This document shows, piece after piece, positions 26,513 through 37,657 of a stretch of DNA of 64,000 bases. Position 1 is the first letter of the stretch. Each line of letters starts with the position of its first letter. The DNA comes from Lytechinus pictus (lineage: Eukaryota), in the NCBI RefSeq assembly GCF_037042905.1, contig NC_087252.1:18788001-18852000 (forward strand), in the 5' to 3' direction. The notes below the pieces were generated by a model. It ran no database searches and was not told the origin of the DNA. It was given only the letters and a program-made list of their open reading frames with translations. Made by a program: the position numbers and the translations under genes.

Positions 26513-28465
26513 TTATTGGGGTGGTGGCCAGGGAGGAAGGAGCCAAGGACAAGATATAAGAAATGGGTCATTACTTAAACTACAAACATATCTCTGGTTC
26601 CACCAGAGAAGAGAACTGAGGAATTCAAGGATGGACAGCTTAGGAGGGGTACTTCCCCAAAGCATTTGCACAAGATAACTCTGCCCATGCTTGGTATCCT
26701 CAGTAGAGGCTCGACTGTCCTCTGACACAGTTACAAGACTTACATTATCTACACCTATAGTATTTACAGTATCATCACTTACACATGCAGTATGTACAGT
26801 TACATCATCTACACATGTGGTATTTACAGTTACTTCATCTACACTTAAGATATCTACATGCTTTACTGCTAAACGTTCTGGACAGTTTCTCTTAAAGTGT
26901 CCAGACTTGTTACATGCAAAACAAACATCACGACAAGACACCTTGGATTCAGCGTCTTCTGTCGAAGGAGAATGTGTATGCCTATTAAGCTCTGGGACAG
27001 TAGTTACCGATCCCTGGACTGAGGACTGGAAGGACTTCATCTGTGCCCCTGGAGCAGATTGAATATCAACCTTCTTCTCCAGATTGGGCACTCGGTCCTC
27101 CAGACTGTCCTGACTGGAGGACTGCTGAGCATTAGAGGCATGCCCGGAAATACCCATACGGTTAACTCTGGGATCCTCCTCGACAGTATCGTAAGACCTT
27201 TGTCTTGCATACTTTAGCCGATGCTGAAACCACCGAACTAAGTAAATGGCATCATCGAGATTCCGAGGACGTGATTTGATAGCGTATTTTCCCGCTTCAT
27301 GGTCTAATGAACCCTGACAAAACTTTTGCACTATTTGCCTCTCAAAAATCTCCTCAGGCAATCCGTCAAAGACGCGTGAAGCGTAGGATAGGACACGGTC
27401 GGCCCATTCCCCCTTTGTTTCGGTTGTTGCCTGCTGCGCAAAATCGAATTGCAATTGTGCGACAGGAAATTCTTTGGAAGCAAATCTTTGCTCAAGCTTC
27501 GTGACAATATCTGTATAGGGAATGTTTAGTTTAGAAGAAACAATAATTGATGCAAAATATTTGATTGCGCTTCCCTCAAGACAAAAGCAAAGTTCATTGA
27601 GCTGTTGGGCTTGACCCCAACTGCGATCTTCCGAATATAGCTGGAAATTACGTATAAAAGTGTGCCAACATCCTCTACCATCGAAGGTCACAGACTTGGG
27701 CAACGAGGACATTCGCGCACCAGGAGTACACCCACGAGAATAAGATCTCAGGGCATCGTAACCTCGATCTAAGGACAGAAGCCTTGAATCTAGAGCAGAT
27801 GAATGCCGAGATGATTTCAGTTCTTCTGACAATGATTTCATTTGAACAGCCATACAGTGCATCATCATTGCTATATAAGCATCATCTTTGGAATGATCAT
27901 TAGAAGTATGACAGGAAGATTGTGGATAAGAATCATGTTTATTTGTACTCTGAACCCTGCTGTTTGATCTGGGTTCACATTGAGTATAAGATGAATGTAA
28001 ATGTTTGGAATCCTCACTAGTATAGGGAGTACCAGGAGCATATCTAGAGTGATCAGTATATTGTGAATGATATCTATCCTGATCAACCTTGGAAGAACCA
28101 TATGAAATATGACCAAAATTCCTTGAACAATCTTCATGATGATCAGTCCTAGAATGATAAGATGCATCAGTACTCAAATTATCAGCCTGAGGCTTTCTAC
28201 CAGTATTGGGTTCAGCATATTTATATTGGCATTTATCAGCACATTTATATACAAGATCTGTTAAATCGAGATCAGATAAATAATGTATCCTTGAACAATC
28301 AAACCTCTCATAAACAAATTCATCTACAAAATTTCTTGGATAACCAAGCTTGTACAGATTATTTGCCAGTGAATACTCATATAAGTATCCCCTACTAGTA
28401 TTACGACTGTCTATAATGTCTTCAACTAATCCTTGTCTTGCTCTGGCGATTTCACTTTGCATCAT
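26513..28465 (-). CDS. gag: Gypsy-type Gag, 650 aa (capsid domain plus CCHC zinc knuckle)
   Basis: LPKSVTFDGRGCWHTF..., LEGSAIKYF, KLEQRF, KFCQG, PRNLDDAI and CFACNKSGHFKRNC; uninterrupted ORF. Confidence 0.9.
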   Translation of the reverse strand: MMQSEIARARQGLVEDIIDSRNTSRGYLYEYSLANNLYKLGYPRNFVDEFVYERFDCSRIHYLSDLDLTDLVYKCADKCQYKYAEPNTGRKPQADNLSTDASYHSRTDHHEDCSRNFGHISYGSSKVDQDRYHSQYTDHSRYAPGTPYTSEDSKHLHSSYTQCEPRSNSRVQSTNKHDSYPQSSCHTSNDHSKDDAYIAMMMHCMAVQMKSLSEELKSSRHSSALDSRLLSLDRGYDALRSYSRGCTPGARMSSLPKSVTFDGRGCWHTFIRNFQLYSEDRSWGQAQQLNELCFCLEGSAIKYFASIIVSSKLNIPYTDIVTKLEQRFASKEFPVAQLQFDFAQQATTETKGEWADRVLSYASRVFDGLPEEIFERQIVQKFCQGSLDHEAGKYAIKSRPRNLDDAIYLVRWFQHRLKYARQRSYDTVEEDPRVNRMGISGHASNAQQSSSQDSLEDRVPNLEKKVDIQSAPGAQMKSFQSSVQGSVTTVPELNRHTHSPSTEDAESKVSCRDVCFACNKSGHFKRNCPERLAVKHVDILSVDEVTVNTTCVDDVTVHTACVSDDTVNTIGVDNVSLVTVSEDSRASTEDTKHGQSYLVQMLWGSTPPKLSILEFLSSLLWWNQRYVCSLSNDPFLISCPWLLPPWPPPQ

Positions 28466-30971
28466 TATGAATTCCAGATAAATTCAGGAAAGTATTATTG
28501 ATGATCACCTTGGTGATTCAAAGGCATATTCTTAAACATATTTTAAATGATACTTTCATTTATTCAATGATCTACAGTGTATTAAACTTAGCAGAATAAA
28601 GCTTGCAGATCAGTGAAAGAACTTAACTAGGTTTGTTTATTCTTGTGTCACTGAACACACTTACTGCCAAGGAAAGAGTGAAGTACTGCAATACTTGTAC
28701 TGCTAAGAACAAGCGTCTGACTCTGAATATTAATAATAAATGTACACACTCCTGTAGCAATGGATGTATTCAGTGAAAGTATATTTACAAAGTACAGTGC
28801 AGCTTCAAGTTTCAGAAACTACACTTGTAGAATAGAATATCAAACTTCTACTACTCTGAGTAATCGCAGAAGTGTTAATAAGTTTTACTTACTCTACGAC
28901 TATTAAAAGAACCTAACAAGGATTCAACTTATCGAAGCCTCAACGATTTACAGGAGTAGCATTCAATAATAATTGTTTATTTCTGATGAATGCAATATAT
29001 AAATAAATGTGTCAAACACACATTTATCCCACATCCGATTTATTATTATTATTTTTTTTTTGTTGTGTCTTTTTTTAGAATGTGGATGAGCCTAAAAATA
29101 ATTAACTATTTAGAAATCAACTTGCGCAAAATGACAGCAGTGAATTTTGTATTTCACTGAAGGATTGAATTCCAGAGCCTGAATATAAATTTGCAAATTT
29201 TCAGCCCAAGAATGATGCTCCAAATATACAAGAGCAACTATATGAAAAAATAATTTCAAAGAATGTTGATATCAATTATTCTGATATCAAAGATCAATAG
29301 TATCTGTACTTTTCACTTAAAATCAGAATCAAGAGTTGATTGAATTAAAATAAGTATTTTCAAGAACCTTATTAAAATTTAATTCAGAACTTTTTTACCT
29401 AATTCCCTTGAGAACAATCTTTCTTTTAAAAATATAGAAATTAAATCTCTCATATAGGATTTAAATTTAAAAGCAAGAATTATTCCAAAGATAAATTCCT
29501 GATCTAACAATGCTTGTTAAAAATTATCAACTAAGAAAACCTGATTTTCAAACAGACAGAAAGACAATCCAGGATAACCTCCAAGAAAAATTTCCTACAA
29601 AGAACTAAGGGCCTGAAATTAAATTCCAAGTCCTCGTTCAAACCAGTTGTACACCGAGTCAAAAGGCAAAGCAAACAATTGCACTTGTTGGCTCCAGGTA
29701 TACACGGTCAGGAAATTACAAACACCTGAGAGATTAACAAGATTATCTGCAAGGGAAAAATGCCCAACTATAATGAAGATATTTGAAATCAAATTCTCAC
29801 TATGGGATTATTCTGATCCAATATTTTTATGGCTAAATTCGTCGTCGAGCTAGTTTTACAAAAATCGGAATTATCACAAACTGACAAAGATCTGATATAT
29901 ATTTTAGGTAAAAAACCAATTCACAGCTCTAACTCAACTGATAAGCTCAAATTCAAGAGGTTAAAGGAATTCAAATAAATTATTTTAATTCCCAGTAAGA
30001 GCCGAATTGAGCTCAAACAATGCAAAGACAAAGTAGTGATAGTGCTGCCTACAGTACAACACCCACACGTCAGATAGGCAGACGCTATAGTATACGCTAT
30101 TGCCGTTGGCTGACACCAGACAAAGCTTGGCGTGAAGTTAAGTTAAGGTTAGATCTACGAACAAGTAATATGACAATATGGAAACAAGGAATTTAGCTAT
30201 GTTCGCGAAAATATTGAATCAAGAGACAATTGGCAGGTAAATCCAGCAAATTGCCGGTAAAAACTGACGAAAATAAAACTCGTTCAGAATTTGCCTTCAC
30301 GGAGACGATAGCCGGCTCGTGAACGTTACCCCCTGCCTGGAGCTACGGGCCAGACGGAGAGGTGCGCTGCGCTGGTGTTGGTTGGAAACCGCGCGACGTT
30401 AGATCTAAAATTAACTAATAAAGAACGATCAAATTACAAAATCAACTTCTACGAGTTCCTACTTAGAACTAATCGTTAGAATAAATCAACGGTCAATCAC
30501 GATAATCGTATAAAATCAGAATTTTTCAAATTCTAACTCTGATCGACTGTTGTGTTTACAACGAGAATCTCTCGATCAAGTGAAAAAATATAGGAGTCAC
30601 GTGATCGACAGTGATGACTCAATATTATTCGCCGAGCGGGGCGATCGAGGGTAGATGTCAAATTTTGGTCAAAAGCAATAATCTCTTAAGTCTTGACTTG
30701 CAAATCTTGATCTCCAACGCAATGGAAATCACAATCAGCACATGGATGTTATGCAAACAGTGATGATTCAATTTATTTCGAATCAAATCGACATATAAAC
30801 ATGTAACATGAAGAACATAGAGAATAATTTATCTAAGTTATCAAGAAATAAATAGCCTACCGGTTTCTCTGCAAAACTACACAATTTCAAAAAATTATGG
30901 AGCCTACACCCAACCAGCCCAAACTACAAATTATTTGATAGGGAAGATAAAATTATTCAGACTTCTCTTTC

Positions 30972-31146
30972 CCAGTCCCAACGGGTCTGACACTGGTATT
31001 GACAGAAGTCTATTCACAGAAATATTTCAGACGTCTATATTTTTTCCAGTCCCAACGGGTCTGACACTGGAATTATTATACAGAAGTCTATTCACACAAA
31101 TAATTCAGACGTCTATTTTTTCCAGTCCCAACGGGTCTGACACTGG
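30972..31146. repeat. Three ~75-bp units with an invariant 25-nt hairpin core in the LTR-element leader
   Basis: CCAGTCCCAACGGGTCTGACACTGG at 30972, 31046 and 31122. Confidence 0.9.
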
Positions 31147-32417
31147 AATAGTTTATAGATGTCTATATATTCACACACAATTCTACCGAGTGCATGGGTG
31201 AACAATTAGCAACAATGAGTAACAATAACTTTTAGATTGAATTTAAGACAATGACAATCAGTTATTAAAGAGAAACAATCACAATATCAGAAGTGCTGAA
31301 TGAAATGCTTTAAAGAAAATTCACAAAATGTGTATTAATTAAAACAATCAAGAGTATATATTTTTCAAGTTACAGGTAAGATCCGGAGCTCAGAAAACCC
31401 ACCTATTTTTCTAGTAACAGGTAAGATCTGAAGTTCAGACAAACCCACCTCTAACGTACTTGTACCACCGACACAAGTGTAATTTCGAGTTGGGTAATAG
31501 TTTGAAGTAAATTCAGATCATTACTAAACTCGGCAACCAGGAGTATTAGAACTTCTAACACTCTTTCTGCCACTCAATGTGTACAGAACTGGCTGTAAAA
31601 AACACTTGCCAAATATCGATAGAAAATATATACTGGAAATTTTATAGAAATGTATGAACAACTCTACGCCCTCAAAATATTGGTGCACTGCCCGATATGC
31701 AAGAGTATGAAATTCTAGGAAACTTATACCATCTGGAATAATTACTGAGGATCGAGAGAAAATTTCAAGTTCAAATTAACTTTTCCAATCCAATAAATCC
31801 ACCAAATACTCACACCCGACTTTTCTTTTTTTAGGAAGTGGTGTGGTGTGAATGTTCCGAATTTGAAAGAAAGCTTATAAAGACAATGGCGGACTAAAAA
31901 TATCCTCGCCTAGATGCAGACTTCGAAGAATTTACCAACAAAAGCAACGAGACGGTAAGCAACGCAAAAATATGCAAGGAACGAAATTCTTGATCGCGAG
32001 CCAAACAATAGAAGAGACTCGCGAAGAATGCGATAAGAAATGCAAGTGCAACTAAACAATGTAGGGCGTGTGCACAGAAAATACCACGTGCGTTGCAATG
32101 AAAATGCAACGTAGTGGACATGAAATAATTCCCTAGATATGGCAAATATATTTAAAAACCCACTTGTATCAAACAAGAAATGATATCATGTACGGAAAAA
32201 TGATAAAACTAAAACAAGATGTGTGCGAGATGCATGCGAATCCACGCAATCACGGCACGCAAATTTACAATTCTCGGTAGAGAGCGGAAAACTTCTCACT
32301 CACTCTCTGTTCGTTATTCACTTCAAAATCCCTCACAAATCAATGTCATGAGCAGATATGAAATATGAACGGACATGAAATGATGAAAACAAAAATGACA
32401 GGCGCACAGGACGATCC

Positions 32418-32435
32418 GAAAACTCGCAATCGCCA
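32418..32435 (-). other. Primer-binding site (tRNA not identified)
   Basis: Minus strand TGGCGATTGCGAG..., one base after the 5' LTR CA end. Confidence 0.7.
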
Positions 32436-32436
32436 A

Positions 32437-32983
32437 TGTTGTAAAAATGAAAGGTGATGAGGGTTAACGATGTTGTGATGGCACGAGTGGTTAATTAACT
32501 GCGATGGCGAGTGGTTATTAATGACAAGTACAACACTGACAAGGGTTACGACTCACGAAACTCACGAATGGGTTAATTACCGACGGTACAAGACACGGAC
32601 AACAACTAATACTCACCTGACACTTGTACTAAGGATTCCACACGGTAGATAACTAACTCAGGTAACATTGACTTCTATATAGCTAGGTTGCAGACCATGG
32701 CGCCGAGTGGGGAGCTACTGGGATGTCCTCACTCGATGGCGTCTCTGGGTCTTCTCTCTCTGGTGTCTGGATCCAATCTCCTTTGCACCAGCTTGTGTAC
32801 GTGCTGTGCAACGCACACACGTAGCAGGCGTAGGAGCATATAAAGGCTCCTCCAATCAGGAGCGCTCCTCGCATGCACACAGCACACACACAGACTTAAT
32901 ATACATGAACATAGATCAATACATAGACTAATACACAAACTAATACATATAGGGTACTACAGGTACATGGCAAATTTACTACA
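32437..32983 (-). repeat. 5' LTR (547 bp)
   Basis: Minus strand TGTAG...CAACA, followed by the TGG-starting PBS. Contains a CCAAT element, TTTATAT and the splice donor CAG|GTGAGTA. Confidence 0.93.
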
Positions 32984-35029
32984 TGTATTACGTACTTCCG
33001 ATACGCAATGCCGTTTTGAATAACAATTTATAGATAAAAAATATTATTTTACAAATATTAAAAAAAATTACGTAATTATAAAAAATTGATATAATACTGC
33101 TAATTATTTATAATCACGTAATAAATTTAAATATTTGTAAAATAATATTTTTTATCTATAAATTGTTATTCAAAACGGCATTGCGTATCAGAAGTACGTA
33201 ATACATAAGCGGTTCAAGGGTCGTCGCCATTGTTTTTGCGTTGTTTACATGTGGATCGAGGGGTCTACTCGACATCAGTCTGGTAAAAAACCTTAATTTT
33301 TTATACTTTTCTAGTAAACATTTTTAAAACCTTCCTTCGCATTAGGCGTAGGAAGGTGTAAAAATCAATAAAATTCATAAATTTAAATTCATTTATGTTT
33401 TAAAAGATGGATTTCCTAAGGAAATCCATCTTTGTTTTGGACCGTCGCTTATGAGACTATGGAGAGAGTGTCAAGACGTCAATGATGAAGAAGTATATAT
33501 CATTATTTTAGGGCTACATCCTTTAGAAGTAGAAATCTCAGGGGCGAAAGTAAGTTTTTTTCGCGGTACAAACACATGAATGAGAATGGGACGCAATCCC
33601 TAGCTCCCTCGAGAGTAAGCATTCTTTATTTAGTAAATGAATGACCGTCGTTTCTGGGGATTTATTTAACAATTTCTCACATTTTACTGTATTTGTGAAG
33701 CCAACGCAGTTCAGCGGAACAACCAAATACTAGTCTACAGAGACTGAATGTGAAAGTGCCATGGGCGGCTGGCTTGGTCTAGCAAGCGCGCGAGTCGGGA
33801 TCTCTGTCATGTCTTGGAAGGTTAACCGTTAGTTACTTAGGACAATCGCCAATATGGACATTCCTTTTGATAAAGAAATTAGTTGTATTATCAGAGTTTA
33901 TGGAATTTACCTGGCATTTCTCAATCTGCATGCAGCTTCATCTTCACAACTTTCCTCCAGCTCCAGTGCTCCACGCAATCGCCAGTGCAGCAAGGACACG
34001 AATACCTTGTCCCACGCCTTCACTTCTGTGTAAGTTGTCAAAAAACATCTTGGCGACTTTGCTCTCTTTACTCGCTTCCACGCTGATCCACTTGGCATGC
34101 TTGGCCGCACACTCTCTACATTTCCGATGATATTTTTCCTCTAAATTATACAAATTTACTCCTAGTGGTTATTACATGAATGGAACAAAAAATTGATTCC
34201 ATGGACTCGAAATCCTCCGGAGCACTAGCTGCCACTGGAATCGGTGTCAGACGATGCTATCTGCGAGCGTGCGCCGGGTCGGAGGTTCGTGCGTATGAAA
34301 CAAAGAACGTGATTAGTTGTAAGCTAGTCAGTCCGCAAATCACGCTATGAGTGCTGTATTGTGATTGGTTATTTTCACCGAGGAAATGAGAAAATCTCGG
34401 CAGTTTTTGTATGATATTTTTCATTTTTTCAGAAAACGTGCAATTTTTGTCTCTGACGAGTTCGACATATGATTTTAGAATTATTTTTTACACATGTCGA
34501 CAAAGTTGTAGGTAGATACAAAATTTGAGGCACGAAACGGAAGAAAAAAGCACCTCGGCCCGCGGTCTACTACGTGTAAACAGAAAGCCGATTCTGCATC
34601 GGCAATTGGCGCGCATTTCATTTACTTTACCATTATGACGTACTTCAAAGCGCACAGATCCAGCGTTGTCTTTATTATGACGTATATTGTCGGTGCGCGT
34701 ATCATTTCAGGTTTTTACCACGCGAGCCAATTCTGCACCGTGAGCTGTAACAGCGTGTAAACGCGGTGCGAGATAAACCAAATTGTTACATAAATCACTT
34801 ACAGTAGAGATATCATACTTCAGCTTACTTGGCTATCAAATCATTCATAATTGTCTAGGAAGTATAAATAGATGATTGTCTTCACAATCGATGAATCATG
34901 AAAGAGCACAGGAAACATAAGAAACATACAACTTAATAAAAATGTTGCTACTATTGGCTTCCCATAATTAAACCACAACTTTTAACCTGAGTTTAAGTTA
35001 GACCCGACTTCAGAATACGGCCCGGTATG

Positions 35030-35192
35030 TGTAAAGTATCATTCCTGACTGAGGTACGTTTCATACCCGCCCTTATATCATCCCGAGGCTTGGCCGAGGG
35101 GTAATAGAAGGACTGGTGTGAAAAGCACCGAGGGAGTGATGATTTTCACTGTCATCCGAATACAGAGCAATCCATATTTGATTTATATACCT
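35030..35192. mobile_element. Fragment of a palindromic repeat centred on CCCGAGGCTTGGCCGAGGG (Crypton-like)
   Basis: Central CCCGAGGC...GCCGAGGG motif with loosely inverted flanks; a similar fragment lies at about 13748-13812. The superfamily is an inference. Confidence 0.35.
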
Positions 35193-36175
35193 CATAGATA
35201 ATAACATAATTCTATCCCCAATCGATTAAATTTCAGGTCCACTAGTATAACTTTAATCTCAATTGGATTTCCTAAATTTAAACGAGCTGCAGTATTGGGA
35301 TTGCTCTGCTGCATGCTGGCCAGGATAACCGATAAATCTAGTTGGCTAGCCAGCGAGAGGTTGGCAGCGCGTACATGACCGAGCAGCAGAAGCGCAGCCA
35401 GTTAGCTGCCACCAACGAACGTAGAGGGCAGCAGCACACAAGCGTGTTGCTATTAGGAAGGTCCACTCGATACGCGCATACAGATGAAGTGGCAAACAAT
35501 TTGGTAGTCATGCCAACGAAACCATGATCCGATACAATACACTCACGGAGTGACAGCAAAATAGAGGTAAACTTATAGGCCCGAATTCACAAAGGTCGAC
35601 TAAAGTTATACCCGGGGTATAAAACGCGTCATTTGACGTCATTTTAATCCATGAACTAAAGTTTGCACCTAGGGGCTAACTTTTGAGATTCACAAAGGTG
35701 GACTAAAGTTATACCGGGGTATAAAACGCGTCATTTGACGTCACGATTTAGTCAGCTCTTTGAGGTGGACTAAATCGGTGGATTAAAGTTAGTCCACCGT
35801 TTTAACCAATCAGAGAGCAGCGTTGCGATTGCGGAAAAGTTTGCCGTAAGAAAAAAGTTTTTTTGGACGGAGACGAGATTTGGTGTGATCGGCTTATCTA
35901 AAGCTAAAAATTTCACGACTTCAACCGAGATTGTAAGTAAATGACGGAGCCTTCAGTTCCATCAGTAAATATTGTTGATAGCTTTAACTTTCCAAAAAGT
36001 ATACTCGAAAACTTGAAATGGTATCAGGTCCACTAGTATAACTTTAATCTCAATTGGATTTCCTAAATTTAAACGAGCTGCAGTAAAGTTCGACAACATG
36101 CTCTCGTAGGTGACACACGCGTATTTTTGAGCTCCCGAACATTGTACCGCTTTAAAGATATGAAATAGATCTGAG

Positions 36176-37273
36176 ATGAGCAACAGGTCCTACAACCTTA
36201 GACACCCACCAAGACTTCATCATCACCAGAAAGTGACCAAGAAAGCGAAGAAAAAAATGGATTCTACATCGAATTCTGCTTCAGAAAAAGTACTTGAACC
36301 TCAAATTCTTCATACCAATGAGGGTGCCTTAACGCAACTACACGCAAACGCCGACGACCTTGGCGGGAATAGTCACATGACCGCAGATCCCGCGATCCCG
36401 CCCAATTCGGATCAACATAAGCAAAGCGACTCAACTGGGAGCAATCTTATCACCGAAATGAAGGGATTATTCGCCAAACTTTCTGCCGATATGAGCCAAC
36501 GCTTCGATTCTGTTTCGGCTGACATTGCTGAGTCTAGGAAGGCGATTGAGGGGCTGAGAGAGTCGGTAGACTTCAATTCGGGTAGGATTGATCAAGTAGA
36601 AAAAGAAAAATTGCCTAGGTTGAAAGAGGAGATTGATTCAAAAACTAAACTATTGGAGGAAAAGATAACTCTCTTAGAAATTCACGAAAGAAAGCAAAAT
36701 CTTTTGGTGTATGGAGTCGGGGAGCGGGGCATTAATGAGAATGTGTATGAAACTGTTTATGACATCTTTGTTCATTTTATGAAAATCTCGAGAACTGAAG
36801 CTGTCCGGATTCCCCTCGTAAATGCACATCGTCTGCCTGCCCCCCAACGAGCTAGTAACCAGCCCACGATTCGACCAATTATCATACGATTCGTCAGAAT
36901 GGCGGATCGCGATCGCTTATTGAACGCGTTTGAGCAGTCTTCAAGGCAACGCCCCAAGCAGGCTGATGACATGCCTTCTACGAGCCAGGACTCTACTCGA
37001 AACATCCCCCAGGCCGCGACCACGCCAGGGACGTCCGATCAGATGACCACGCCCGATGAACAATTCGCACGTGTCACCATCAGAACGGATCTCCCACCCG
37101 CCATGAAAAGGGAACGCGGACGCCTCGCTGCAGCTGCATTCAAGCTCCGCAGAGAGGAACGTTTGTCTACAAGAATCCGCATAAACGGAACGAAGATTTT
37201 CCTTCAAACGAGGCAACCAGCATCTGGGACATCGACTAGACCCGGAAAGTGGACCAACTTCGAAGTTAAGTAA
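36176..37273 (+). CDS. LINE ORF1p (L1-like: coiled coil, RRM-like domain, CTD), 365 aa
   Basis: Heptad-rich segment, then ERKQNLLVYGVGE, AHRL, RPIIIRF and IRTDLPPAMKRER. Confidence 0.85.
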   Translation: MSNRSYNLRHPPRLHHHQKVTKKAKKKMDSTSNSASEKVLEPQILHTNEGALTQLHANADDLGGNSHMTADPAIPPNSDQHKQSDSTGSNLITEMKGLFAKLSADMSQRFDSVSADIAESRKAIEGLRESVDFNSGRIDQVEKEKLPRLKEEIDSKTKLLEEKITLLEIHERKQNLLVYGVGERGINENVYETVYDIFVHFMKISRTEAVRIPLVNAHRLPAPQRASNQPTIRPIIIRFVRMADRDRLLNAFEQSSRQRPKQADDMPSTSQDSTRNIPQAATTPGTSDQMTTPDEQFARVTIRTDLPPAMKRERGRLAAAAFKLRREERLSTRIRINGTKIFLQTRQPASGTSTRPGKWTNFEVK

Positions 37274-37657
37274 TCTTGTCTTTAATAATCGTGTAATAAC
37301 TTCTTCACAAATTATTTTCGAAGAATTTCCAGTTTTATATGCCAAACTTTAAACTGCTAAAAATTATTGAAGTTTCTTCACAAATTATTTCGAAGAAATT
37401 CCGTTTTATACTGTATGCCGAACTAGTATACCAACCTGATCAAAGTTATCGAAATCATAAACAGAACACTGGATTTTCAGATCATTATAATGTATTCACT
37501 TCTCAGGATTTATAAATTACCTTTTTCAAATTTGATGAAATGACAACCGATCTGAGAGTGTTTGAGTGTCATGTTTTTATATAGGCCTACCAATGTTTCA
37601 TTTGCTGTACATTCACATTATTATCTACATGGAATTGCAAATGGCCACGATCCCCGA

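Larger units (their letters stand above)
24944..32983 (-). mobile_element. Gypsy-type gag-only (non-autonomous) LTR retrotransposon, 8040 bp
   Basis: Two TG...CA LTRs. 4-bp TSD TGTA (24940-24943, 32984-32987), confirmed by the uninterrupted opposite arm of the host palindrome. PBS, PPT and gag present; no pol ORF. Confidence 0.93.
24637..33508. mobile_element. Palindromic ~830-bp non-autonomous element split by the LTR retrotransposon
   Basis: 24637-24943 plus 32988-33060 is the reverse complement of about 33130-33508. Internal hairpins; no obvious TSD. Confidence 0.85.

Noticed and set aside
30972..31146. Mini CRISPR array
   Set aside because: The spacers are near copies of one another, so this is a tandem repeat inside a retroelement.
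28466..32436. env or pol gene in the LTR element
   Set aside because: No ORF longer than about 90 aa and no recognisable RT, integrase, protease or envelope motifs by eye.
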